From assembly GCA_964016885.1 (NCBI GenBank), contig OZ024740.1, positions 173,724,001-173,788,000 of the forward strand: 64,000 nt of DNA. Reading direction: 5' to 3'. Positions 1 to 11,629 of this stretch are shown here, one piece after another. Position numbers and translations under genes: made by a program. Source of the DNA: Eledone cirrhosa (Eukaryota). How positions within the stretch are numbered: the stretch's first letter is position 1; the number at the start of each line of letters is the position of its first letter. The notes beneath the pieces were generated by a model. That model was not told the origin of the DNA. It made no database searches and saw only the letters and a program-made list of their open reading frames with translations.

Positions 1-540
1 TGGAAGAGCCAGAAATTTTCTAATTGAAAGTGATGTGTAAACAGGCGCACTATCGTGGTACAGTAACCAATCTCCTGCAATGTCCTTCTGGGCAGGCTGG
101 ACCTGTTTTTGAAGTCGTTCCAAGACATCTTTGTAGAAAGTGCGATTAACTGTTTTTCTTGGAGGTAAAAATTCTTTGTGAACAATACCATGTCTGTCGA
201 AAAAAAAAAAATGCTTATCATCGTTTTCACCCTGGATGTGCTCAGGCGTACTTTCTTCAGACGAGGAGAACATTTTCCTCGTCGAATTTTTCGTGAACTA
301 ACTCCTCACTTTTCCATTTTGTCTCTAGATTGTACTCGAACACCTATGATTCATCTACTGTTATTACTTTATCCAAGAAATTTCGCTCAATTTCGAGTCT
401 TCCTAGCAAATCCTGACAAATTTCCATCCGGTTTGCTTTTTGCTCCACAGACAAATGTTGGGCACTAGTTTTGCTTAAATTGTTCACATGCAGAAATAGC
501 CTGTTAACATTCTGTGAACTGCATTTTTATCGAAGCACAT
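1..540 (-). mobile_element. Degenerate mariner (Tc1/mariner) transposase fragment
   Basis: Manual minus-strand translation gives broken motifs: AKLVPNI, ITVDES.VFEYNLETK, VKTMISIFF.DRHGIVHKEFLPPRKTVNRTFYKDVLERL and WLLYHDSAPVYTSLSIRKFLA. These match the mariner WVP, TGDESW and HDNAPAH regions. Confidence 0.8.
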
Positions 541-565
541 TTCTTCGGCAATCACCCTAAGACTT

Positions 566-1390
566 TGTAGGGCTAGGGAGCCGGAAGAGAAGGGGAAATG
601 TCGCCGGAAGCGAGGTGCCAGTGATGTCACGTCAGAAGTGTGGACCGCGTCTCTCTCTTCATCTGTATGCCGTGGCAGAGTGCGGACGCTTGTTATGACT
701 TGTGTGAATTAGTGTGTGAGTTTTGCTATGTTCTCTGGCCAGAGGAGAAACAGGTGAGCATCCAGGAATGGAGATGCAAAGGTAGGTTCCTTCGCTTCTT
801 ACGACAAGCCATTTCGGTAACGTTTTATTTTTCATTTACTTTCTCCGAATCGCAGAAGATATGCACAACGACAAAATGTCCATGAGCAAACTGATCGCAT
901 AGGCCCGCGTAGTGACACGAGGCGTTGAGCGAAATGTGGTGTTAGCAGCGACTGAAGCTTATAGCAGTCAACAGCGATCAATGAACGATGAGGTGAGAAA
1001 AGCCTGCATGAATGCTCAGCTGTGGGCATTTAAAGGCAAGTTCTTTAGATGTCAGGGTCCGCACATGGCAAGAGACTGCAAGGAGTCGAAGCCTGAAATA
1101 ATTTGCTACCGATGAAAGTGGGCAGGCCACATCGCCAGCAATTGCGACCAGGGAAACGGTCAAAGTGGAGTTACTGCGCCAGTAGTTACCCCTGGAAGCG
1201 AGTAGAGTCGCTCTTGCAGTCGCTGCCCGTAGTGGAGATTCTGGTTGGGGGAAACTCACAACACCCCGAAGGTGGTTATAAAGTGGAGCGGAATGGATGG
1301 AGTAAGGACAATCGACGACAGAGAGATTAGATGCAGAGGTAGCAGTGAGTGAGGTGGAGATAGTGGTAAGAGGAATCTTAAGATTTATTT
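566..1390 (+). mobile_element. Ty3/Gypsy-like LTR retrotransposon remnant (gag zinc knuckles, start of protease)
   Basis: FRCQGPHMARDC and a frameshifted IICYR...GHIASNC are two decayed CCHC knuckles, followed by LPVVEILVGG. A possible TG..CA LTR spans 566-806. Confidence 0.6.
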
Positions 1391-1871
1391 GCAATAACTT
1401 ATAACCGCTTTCACAAGTTTCATGATTTTCAAAAGTTAAATAGATGGATTTTCAATTTTATGAAGAAAGGCGGCTCAAATTGCTATCTGTTTAAAGTATA
1501 ATTTGATTGGCTGAGGATGATCACGTGATTAGGCACCGAATTTGGTGGTACTTCTCCCCCCCCCACCCCCTCAAAAAATCAACAAAAAAAAAAACGGGTG
1601 TGTCATGATTTAGTGAATATGGACAGTGCCAATTCATGTCTGTTTTTCATATGTTCAGTTGTCAAGGAACTTGGTATTGTCTTTGTGGTAATATCCAAAA
1701 TTCCAAAGAACAGGAATTTTCTTTATGTGTGTGTTGTTTGTTTTTTTGTTTCTTGCTATGTCCGAATAATAATAACAATAACAACAACAAAATTATTACC
1801 ATTACCATCACTATGACAATGACAACTATAACAATAATGATCAAATCAGCAAAATGAACAAGAACTGTATG

Positions 1872-1934
<63 letters not shown>

Positions 1935-1959
1935 GTGCATATGTGCGTTGGGTTGTTAT

Positions 1960-3245
1960 GGTTCAGTAAGTAGCCAGGTGTAGAAATATATTTTCTTTAT
2001 TTTGAATAAATATATTTTCTTTTATTTATTTGTGTGTGGTCTGAGTGTTTGTATATTCGTGTGTGTGTAGCAATGACGATTTATTCGGGACTTGTCGTTG
2101 CACACAAGTCTAAATACTCACTAAGTGGTATCTGTCTTGTGGCGGTAATTGTCATTCTGTTTCTGAGAGTGAGTTTGACTTGCCCTATATAGCTCTCTAG
2201 CATTTACATTACTCTGTATTTACTAATTGTATTTTCCCGGTAAACACTTTATTTCACATAATTATCTCACATAATATTGAATTTACGAGATTTTGATATT
2301 ATTTATTTTGAGAACAATACCTTATTTGAACAGAAAGAGGTGGGAAGATTCTGGCCGGATATGGCCTGTTTAAATGCTAAAGGGATAATCTTCGTTACAC
2401 CCTTTTAAAAAAAATTTAATGGCATGTATTAACATTTTTCAATGAGGTTAATGCAAGTTCCGCAATTAGAGTGACTACACTTTTTTACTATTGGTGTTGT
2501 GTTTGTGTTGAGTAATTTGGCGCCGGTGAGTAGTTTTTAAAGCGATTTTGGTTGTCTTTTGCTTTTGATTATTTTATGTGTTTCAAGTGCTATTTTCATT
2601 CTTGGGTCTTGTCTCAATAGTGGGATGTTCTTGTGGATAATATCATTTGCCTCCGTAATTCTTGGATTGTGTGTTGAGATATAGAATATTTGATGTATCT
2701 AAGGTTGTTTTTGTTTGTTGTAATTCTTGAATTCTTGAATGTCTATTGGTTTGGCACGTTCTTGTTCGTTGTCTATCAATAATGATGGATACTGTCTTTG
2801 GAGTAGAATTTCTTTTAGTTCTTGGAGTCTTTTATTCTGAGTTTCATAATTTGAAACATTTGAACAGATTCTTCTTGCTAGATTAAATGGAATGTCTTCA
2901 GATAAAGCCTATCCAGAATGAACTTGAAAACCAACAAAAGCGTCGTGGACTTTAGACAAATTCAAAATGGAAATAGAATTATTACAGCTAAGAGCCAACT
3001 TCAACGAGGAAAAATTAAAATCATTCGACCATAAAAATGGAAGGAGAAATTAAAAAACATTCTGAAGGCCAACTCTATGAAAACTACACAATTTTGAAAA
3101 AAAACATGCTGTTTGGTTCAGTCATTATGAAAGGGAATTCAAATTAATCCATTTCTTAAAAAATGTTATAATTCACAACCAACGAAACCAGGACCAAAAC
3201 GTCAAACCTACACTCACCAAAATTATAGTGAGGATTCCATAACTT
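1960..3245. mobile_element. Penelope-like remnant: 3' part (RT thumb + GIY-YIG) on minus ~1960-2897, joined to an inverted 5' part on plus ~2900-3245
   Basis: The minus strand reads YIGQVKLTLRNR..RQIPLSEYLDLCA, homologous to ORF 7775-8290. 2540-2895 matches 5250-5600. Plus-strand LDKFKMEIELLQLRAN matches ORF 7475-7759. Confidence 0.75.
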
Positions 3246-3272
3246 TTAGACATTTAGACAACAAATCCTATC

Positions 3273-3324
<52 letters not shown>

Positions 3325-3327
<3 letters not shown>

Positions 3328-3611
3328 ATACTGAAATTCTGTGATTGCTTGCTTGCTTGTTTGTAATGTAATACAGCCAAAAGGGCGCATAATGGGAAAA
3401 TACTTTGAAAGAAAGTTGCCCCTGAAATGGGAATACAAATGGAATAAAACAAGTTTCGCGTAAATCGGACCACGGGTTCCCGAGATACGGGGTTTTCTAG
3501 GTACCTTCATAAATAGAGACAGAGATGGATAGAGAGAAAGAGATAGTGGTTGTGAAAGAGTAGATTGAGAAAGAAACATAGAGAGGGAGATAGAAGGAGA
3601 CAGAGAAGGAG

Positions 3612-3643
<32 letters not shown>

Positions 3644-4248
3644 CTGGTGGAGTTGTATATATATATATGTGAGTGTGTGTGTATATATATATGTGTGTGT
3701 CTATGACCAGTGTATATAGATTACAGACACCCACATATATACATATATACACATATATATATGTATGTATGCACACACATTTATATATATACACACACAC
3801 GTATATATATGGGCGTTCCAGTTTCATTTCACATTATATACATGTCTGTGTATATTTTAATTATTCAAAAATTATTTTTAAGTGAACAAGATTAAAAAAA
3901 TATTTTGAAGTGAACGTGGGTGGTCTAGTATAATACTAAAAGTCTGTGATTGCTTGCTTGTCTGTCATGTAATACAGCTAAAAGGGCGCATAATGGGAAA
4001 ATACTTTGAAAGGAAGTTGACCTCGAAATGGAATACAAATGGAATAAAACAAGTTTCTCGTAAATCGGAGAACGGATTCCCGAGATACGGGGTTTTTCCG
4101 AGTACCTTCATAAATAGAGAGAGAGAGAGAGAAGGATAGAGAGAAAGAGAAACATATATATATATATAGAGAGAGAGAGAGAGGGAGAAAAAGAGAGAGA
4201 GAGAGTGCGAGAGAGCGAGAGCGAGAGAGAGAGAGAGAGATATAGCTA
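3325..4248 (+). mobile_element. Two tandem Helitron-like non-autonomous units with microsatellite interiors
   Basis: ~200-bp direct repeat (3330-3540 vs 3935-4150); the junction reads GGGTGGTCTAG|TATAATACT. The Helitron assignment rests only on the CTAG end. Confidence 0.4.
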
Positions 4249-4347
4249 GCTGGTGGTGTTGTTGAATGAAATTATAACCGGTGACTTCAAAGAAACGAAT
4301 ACAACATTACTGTATCCTGCTAAATAGAAAGGATTTCTAAGTGTGTC

Positions 4348-4426
<79 letters not shown>

Positions 4427-4509
4427 CCTTTCTATTTAGCAGGATACAGTAATGTTGTATTCGTTTCTTTGAAGTCACCGGTTATAATTTCATTCAACAA
4501 CACCACCAG

Positions 4510-4510
<1 letters not shown>
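4249..4510. repeat. ~90-bp inverted repeat with a (TA)n spacer
   Basis: 4249-4339 is the reverse complement of 4420-4510. Confidence 0.85.
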
Positions 4511-4559
<49 letters not shown>

Positions 4560-4562
<3 letters not shown>

Positions 4563-5229
4563 TGTATATATAGTGTATTTTGCAATACACTGTATGCTTA
4601 ATTAAAAGCATTTCGAAGACCTTACGCTATTGTTTTAGAGTAGTGACAGTCTCACTTACTTTAAATTTTCAGCAAACGGGGGGAGATAAAGCTGACAGAG
4701 CTCTGTTTCGTACTGATTGGTACTTATCAAAGCCAAGTACTCCACCTGCTTGCTGAAAATCATGAATGTTTGATTCTTATAGAATTCTAGTAATAATCAG
4801 GAACTGATTATACAGAGCGGTTGCCGGTCAAGCAGAAATTGAAAATTAGAATTGGTGCTCTGAAATAGCGATATATATATGAATGTATATATAGTTTATT
4901 TTGCAATACACTGTATGCTTAATTAAAAGCATTTCGAAGACCTTACGCTATTGTTTTAGAGTCGTAACAATCTCACTTACTTTAACTTTTCAGCAAACGG
5001 GGGGGAGATAAAGCTGACAGAGCTCTGATTCGTACTTTTTGGTACTTATCAAAGCTAAGTACTCCACCTGTTTGCTGAAAATCATGAATGTTTGATTCTT
5101 ATAGAATTCTAGTAATAATCAGGAACTGATTATACAGAGCGGTTGCCGGTCAAGCAGAAATTGAAAATTAGCATTGGTGCTCTGAAATAGCGATATATAT
5201 ATGCACCAATTCTAATTTTCAATTTCTGC
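4560..5229 (-). repeat. Tandem 2 x 321-bp units (pseudo-LTR/retrozyme-like), each with a hammerhead motif
   Basis: 4560-4880 and 4881-5201 are near-identical; a short inverted tail at 5202-5229 joins the PLE ORF. Confidence 0.8.
4690..4734 (-). ncRNA. Type I hammerhead ribozyme, U3-A8 core variant
   Basis: GGCU UUGAUAA GUAC caauca GUAC GAA ACAGAGCUCUGU C AGCU; palindromic stem III; predicted GUC cleavage site at 4694. Confidence 0.75.
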
Positions 5230-8200
5230 ATTGGGGAGTAATGTTTTCAGTGATTTCGGCTGTCTTTTGCTTGTGATTATTTTGTGTGTTTCAAGGGCTC
5301 TTTTCATTCTTGGGTCTTGTTTCAATAGTGGGATGTTCTTGTGAATAGTGTTGTAAGCTTCCGCATTTCTTGGGTTGTGTGTTGAGATATATGATAGAAT
5401 ATTGGACGTACCTTGAATTTGTTTCTGTTTTCGTAATTCCTCAATGCCTATTGCTTTAGCCCTTTCTATTCCATTATTTATTAGTAATGGTGGGTACTGT
5501 CTTTCGAGTAGAATTTTCTTTAATTCTTGAAGTCTTTTATTTCGCGTTTCATAATTGGAGACAATTGTGCAAATTCTTCTTGCTAGGTTAAAAGGAATGT
5601 TCGTCTTCGTGTGCTTTGGATGGTTGGAGGTGAATAGCAGGTATTGTTTGGAATCTGTTGGCTTGTAGTGTATGTCAGTTTCAATATTTGTCTTTTTTTA
5701 AAGATTAAGATGTCCAGAAATGGGAGTTGATCTTGGCTGTATTCCATTGTGAATTGGATGTGGTTATTGATGCTGTTAATTAAATTTTTGAAATCATTCA
5801 GTTGGTCGAGTGTGTGGGACCAAAGAATGAGACAATCATCCAAGTAGCGTTTCCAATTCTCTGATAAATATTTGTGGAAGTTCAATCCGTATTTTGATTT
5901 GGACTGTTCATATATCTGGACTTCTAAGTATGCCATGACTAAGTTGGCATAAGTTGGAGAGGCTTTTGTACCCATCGCAGTCTCCGATATTTGCTTGTAA
6001 GTACTGCCATCGAAATCAAAAAAGTTGTTCTATAAAATAAATTTTAATCCCTCGGCGATGAAGCTTTTTTCTATTCTGCCAGGTTTCTCATTGGGATATT
6101 TCTCTAGCCAGCATCCTATTGCTTCTAGTCCATATTGGTTTGGGATCGTTGTGTAGAGATTCACTACATCGAAAGACACAATAATAGTGTTGTTGTTGAC
6201 ATGTTTGGGGAGGTGGTTTAAGAGGGCCAGATCGTCTCTTACAAGGCTTGGTATGTGTTTGAGAATTGGTTTTAGTAGTATGTCTATAAAGTTGCTCAGT
6301 CTGTGTTTCAAATTGTGGGCCCGCTACAATTGGTTTTAATTTAAGGTCTGTGGGGGTATTGTGTGTTCACGCAGGCTGAGGCGGATTGTTTACAGGCATC
6401 GTTAATTATTTTACACTTGTGGATCTTCGGAAGTCCGTAAAGGTTGGTGGTTTTTATTTAAAATGTGTTAAATAATCGCGTTCCTTTTTAGTTAAGTCTT
6501 CCTGGTATCGACAAATCAGTGTGTTTAATCTGGTCATTGTTTTTGATTGCTGGTAGTTTTTTACTCTTTCATAGTAATTAGTATTTTGTAAGAGAGAGAA
6601 CATAGAATTTTTATATTTTTCAGCTTCCATAATGACAACAGTACTTCCCTTGTCCGCTTCCTTAATTATAATGTCTGTTTTTTAGTTCATGGATAATCTC
6701 CCATTCCCTTCGACTCGTGTTGGGTTTGGGTTTAGGTTGCGGTAGTTCATGGTATGGGAAAGTAGCTATGTGGTCACACAATTTGTCCAGAACTCTGTTT
6801 CTACCTTTTGTTGGGTTGTAGCTGCTTTTATTCCGTACAATTGATTGGTCGTTATTCTCCTTGTCAAAGAATTCCTCTGTGAGACGTAATTTTCTACAGA
6901 AGTGTGAGATATTGTCATTTATCTCATTGAGGTTAGAGTATTGTGGTGTTGGTGTGAATTTCAGTCCTTTGGAGAGAATTTTAACTTGTTGGGCTGAGAG
7001 GTTTGTATTTGAAAGGTTGATTATTTTCGGTTTTTCAAAATCGGTTTGTGCCACCGGGTGTCGTGGGTCCTGTAGCCTTGGTCTAAAAAATGATATTTCT
7101 GGAATGTTTTTTCAATGGTATTATTATATCTAATGGCATTTCCCTTGTTGTGTGGTCTTGTATAGAAGTTTCGGACGTATTGAGGTTTAGTTTGTTGATA
7201 GTCCGGGTTGTAGATTTTGTTCCTTTGTGTGGGTTGGGATCTACGATTTTGGAACAGGTTCTGCGTGGGCAGGGGTCTACGGTTTTGGAATAGGTTTTGT
7301 GTGGGTTGTGATCTTCGGATCGGGTCCTGTCTTGTGTTGGGGGATCTTCGGTTTTTGTTAGTAGGGTTATAGTTTTGTCTATGGGTTCTGGGATTATCGT
7401 AATAGTTTTGCTGGGGTTATGTTGGACGTTTTGTTACTTTTTTTGTTATTTGTTGTGCATGTGGTGTGTGAGTTTTAGTTTGTTTTAAAAAATGGGTTAC
7501 CTGTATGTTGTTCATTTTTGAAATCCATTTCGTAGTTATTGAACCAGGTGGCGTTTTTTCCCCATCGCTGGAGGGATGTTAGTTCTTCATCCTCACAGTT
7601 TTCTTTCCAAAGTTTTAATGTTTTTTCATAGAGTAGGCCTTCAGAGTGCCTTGAGATTTCTGTTTCCATCTGTTGGTTGAGTGACTTGAATTTTTCTTCG
7701 TTGGAGTTGGCTCTTAATCGCAACAGTTCTATTTCTATTTTAAATTTTTCTAACGCCATCTTTTCCCTAGGTCTTTGTTGGTTTTCTGGTTCATTCGGGA
7801 TGGGTTTTATTTGGAGTTTTTTTGGAGGATGATTGGGGTAGAATCACTGAAAACATTACTCACCAATACCAAATTACCTACCACAAACCCACAACCAACT
7901 GTCAAAAAATGTGGTCACTCTAATTGTGGAACCTGCACTCACCTTATTGAAGGCAACACGTATACATTTCAATCAGGACAAAATTTTGCTGTAAAAAATC
8001 ACTTCACTTGCTCATCAAAAAATCTAATTTATGCTATTAAATGTAAAGGATGCAATGAAGATTATATAGGACAAATTAAACTCACACTCAGAAACAGAAC
8101 GACAGTTCATCGACAACAATTACGAGATCCAACCACGAGACAGTTACCACTAAGCGCATATCTAGACATATGCGCAAGTAATGAGACATCCAAATTCCAA

Positions 8201-9330
8201 GTCTTTCCATTTTATCTTTGCGCTGACAATACAACAGAACAAATACGAATAAATAAGGAAAATATGTTCATTCAAAAATATTTCTACTAACGGAATCACC
8301 CCCCCCCCCACAAAATATATATTCTCTTCATCTTAACATGCTAACCATACCCCCCACACACATAACACCCATACACACACACATAACACCCCCAACTCCC
8401 TCCCCCATTTCTACTAATAGAATCACTTTCCTACAAACATACACACACACACAAAATATATATATATTCTCTCCATCTTAACATACTCCCACCCACACAC
8501 ACACACATAACACCCATATACACACACAACTCCCTCCCCCATTTCTACTATAGAATCATCTTCCTATACACACACACACACAAGCACACAAATAAAGATA
8601 CATATCTCTATTTTCTTTATTTCAATAAAAAGTCTGAATTCTGACACCCCAGCGAACCAGCCATATTCACGGAACCAGAACAATTCTCCCATCCCATTTC
8701 TCTTGACCATTATCTTTTGTTTGTCATAAAATTCTCTAAAAGGCTACAAAATAAATTCCCAAATACGGGCGCGAATTTTAATGAACTTGTTCACGTGACA
8801 GCCATAATTTCATTTATAACCAATCAAATTACATTTATAAAAAAAAGCCTTCGTGAGCCCCCTTTTTTTAAGTAAAAAGAAATTCAAACAAACTGGCGCG
8901 AAAGCTGATGTGCTTATTCACGTGACTGCATCAACCAACCAAACTTCACTCATATACGAAAAAAAAACCCCTGAGACCCCCCCCCCCTTGTTTGAAGAAC
9001 TTTGTAACGCGAACTGGCGTGATATTTATTATACTTATTGACCAACCAATCAAATTACTTCTCTAAAAACCTGGCGTTTCGAGTCACTTTTTTCCATATA
9101 AAACAAAGTAACATTCTAAGACCAACCAGATGTGAGAAAAACCACAGACCCTCCATCTCAACTCACTTTTTGAAAAGCAGAAGAACTGCGAAACCGGTAA
9201 AGGAACCAAATAAATATATATATATTTTTAAAAATAAGACTCCAGTTGCATTTTCGATTTCATCTTTTTTTCTTTATACTTTCACTCGTGTAGAACACCG
9301 TTTATTTTTCATTTTGTAAAAAAAAAAACT
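5230..9330. mobile_element. Penelope-like retroelement with 5' inversion: N-terminus and RT on minus (5230-7835), GIY-YIG and 3' UTR on plus (7841-9330)
   Basis: LSKGLKFTPTP, VSFDVVNLYTTIP, MGTKASPTYANL, WKRYLDD and FTME..LPFLDILI are PLE RT motifs. CGHSNCGTC..LIYAIKCKGCNEDYIGQ is GIY-YIG. Several stops and frameshifts. Confidence 0.9.
9166..9203 (+). ncRNA. Minimal type I hammerhead ribozyme, U3-A8 core, in the PLE 3' region
   Basis: CUUU UUGAAAA GCAG aagaa CUGC GAA ACCGGU A AAGG; same sense as the GIY-YIG ORF. Confidence 0.65.
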
Positions 9331-9333
9331 CAC

Positions 9334-9396
<63 letters not shown>

Positions 9397-9405
9397 TATA
9401 TATAT

Positions 9406-10027
9406 GGATGTAAATATAATGTATTTTGCAATACACTTTATGCTTAATTAAAAGCATTTTGAAGACCGTAAGCTATTGTTTTAAAGTAGTGACAAATTCA
9501 CTCACTTCGATCTCAGCAAACAGGAGGAGATAAGCCGACATGACATGTTTCGCTTTTGTTGAAGCTTATCAAGGCCAACTACCCCGCCCGTCTGCTGAGA
9601 TCAATGATGTTATATTCTTATAGAAATCTAGTAAATAATCAGGAGCTGATTATGCAGAGCGGTTGTTGGTCAGGCAGAAATTAAAAATTAGAATTGTAGC
9701 TCTGAAATAGCAATATATATATGGATGTAAATATAATGTATTTTGCAATACACTTTATGCTTAATTAAAAGCATTTTGAAGACCGTAAGCTATTGTTTTA
9801 AAGTAGTGACAAATTCACTCACTTCGATCTCAGCAAACAGGAGGAGATAAGCCGACATGACATGTTTCGCTTTTGTTGAAGCTTATCGAAGTGAGTGAAT
9901 TTGTCACTACTTTAAAACAATAGCTTACGGTCTTCAAAATGCTTTTAATTAAGCATAAAGTGTATTGCAAAATACATTATATTTACATCCATATATATAT
10001 TGCTATTTCAGAGCTACAATTCTAATT

Positions 10028-10030
<3 letters not shown>
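9406..10030 (-). repeat. Tandem 317-bp units related to 4560-5201; second unit truncated and folded back
   Basis: 9406-9722 repeats at 9723-9887; 9888-10030 is an inverted copy; flanked by (TA)n on both sides. Confidence 0.8.
9533..9576 (-). ncRNA. Type I hammerhead ribozyme, U3-A8 core variant
   Basis: GGCC UUGAUAA GCUU caacaa AAGC GAA ACAUG U CAUGU C GGCU; all three stems covary relative to 4690-4734. Confidence 0.75.
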
Positions 10031-10099
<69 letters not shown>

Positions 10100-10102
<3 letters not shown>

Positions 10103-10764
10103 ATTTACACATACAAACTAAACAAAGTCACAGATATATATGTGTTTTGGCAACCATTCACGATGTGGCTCAATGAAGAATTAATAAATTAAATAATCAG
10201 AGCAATATACTATAAAGTATGTCCATAGAATCATTTGATAATATATATACACCATTTCCTCTCCCAATTAGCATAATTAACCACACAAAAAAATCAATTA
10301 GACCAGGCTATAAGATTAAAAGGCTCCTATGAAGAAATAGTAAATAAATAAACGATAGCAATCTCTTCGCGGCCAACCGCCATAGAGTTTTTACCCAACA
10401 TTTCAACAGCACGTGGACATTGATTAAATATACGGTCAACCATACACAATTAGGTATACCTAATTGTGTATGGTTGACCGTATATTTAATCAATTTCCAC
10501 GTGCTGTTGAAATACCTAATTGTGTATGGTTGACCGTATATTTAATCAATTTCCACGTGCTGTTGAAATGTTGGGTAAAAAAATCTATAGAGGTTGGCCG
10601 CGAAGAGATTGCTATCGTTTATTTATTTACTATTTCTTCATAGGTGCCTTTTAATCTTATAGCCTGGCCTAATTGATTTTTTGTGTGGTTAATTATGCTA
10701 ATTGGGAGAGGAAATGGTGTATATATATTATCAAATGATTCTATGGACATACTCTATAGTATAT
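10100..10764. repeat. Large fold-back element in (TA)n, same family as 36709-37735
   Basis: 10205-10456 is mirrored by 10457-10764 around the centre ggtatacc, with an internal ~57-bp tandem duplication. Confidence 0.8.
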
Positions 10765-11402
10765 ATATATATATATATATGAATAAAGTTAGTCCTTCAT
10801 CAGTGATCTTCCAACCATAATTGGTATTTCATCACTTTAAAGACCATATACCTCCGGTTGGTGCGAGCAACGGCTAAAAAAAGTCGTTGGGACACATAAA
10901 TAAAGAGGACACGAGAGTGTAAACAAACAAAGATGGTGAAGCAACGAAAAATGAGGAAGAAGGAGTCAAGTCCCAAATTTCCATGAATATAAGTTCGGTG
11001 AAATCGTGAACGAGAGAGAATAAAGACCATCAAACCTGGTTGGAATTTGAGCAAGGAAGGAATTCCGTACAGGTCTAACGGGAGGAGAAGGAATCTAGTC
11101 TGTGAATTCGGTGAACATAAGTTCTGTGAAATCGTAGACGAGAGAGTGAAAAAAAGCGAACCTGCCTGACCAAGGGTGCGAAAGAAAAGAATTACGCACA
11201 GGTCAAACGGGAAGAAGGAGGAGGAGGAGAGGTAGTAACAGAGAGTGAGTGAGTGAGCGGTGACGAAGAGGTTAACAAAGAGAGTGACTGTTAGAGAGGG
11301 TAAAGATACAGAGAAAGAGGAAGCAGTAAGAACGAAATAGACGGGTCACAGCGGGGGAAAAAATATGTGTAAATATGAGAATAAACGTGCTGCGTGGTTG
11401 CT

Positions 11403-11538
<136 letters not shown>

Positions 11539-11629
11539 GTGTAAGAACTGTGAAACCGGTAAAGGAAACAAATAAATATTCTTAAAAAGACTCCAGTTGC
11601 ATTTTCGATTTCTGTCCATATATATATAT

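Noticed and set aside
4560-5201. CRISPR-like array
   Set aside because: Two long tandem units with no unique spacers, in a eukaryotic context.
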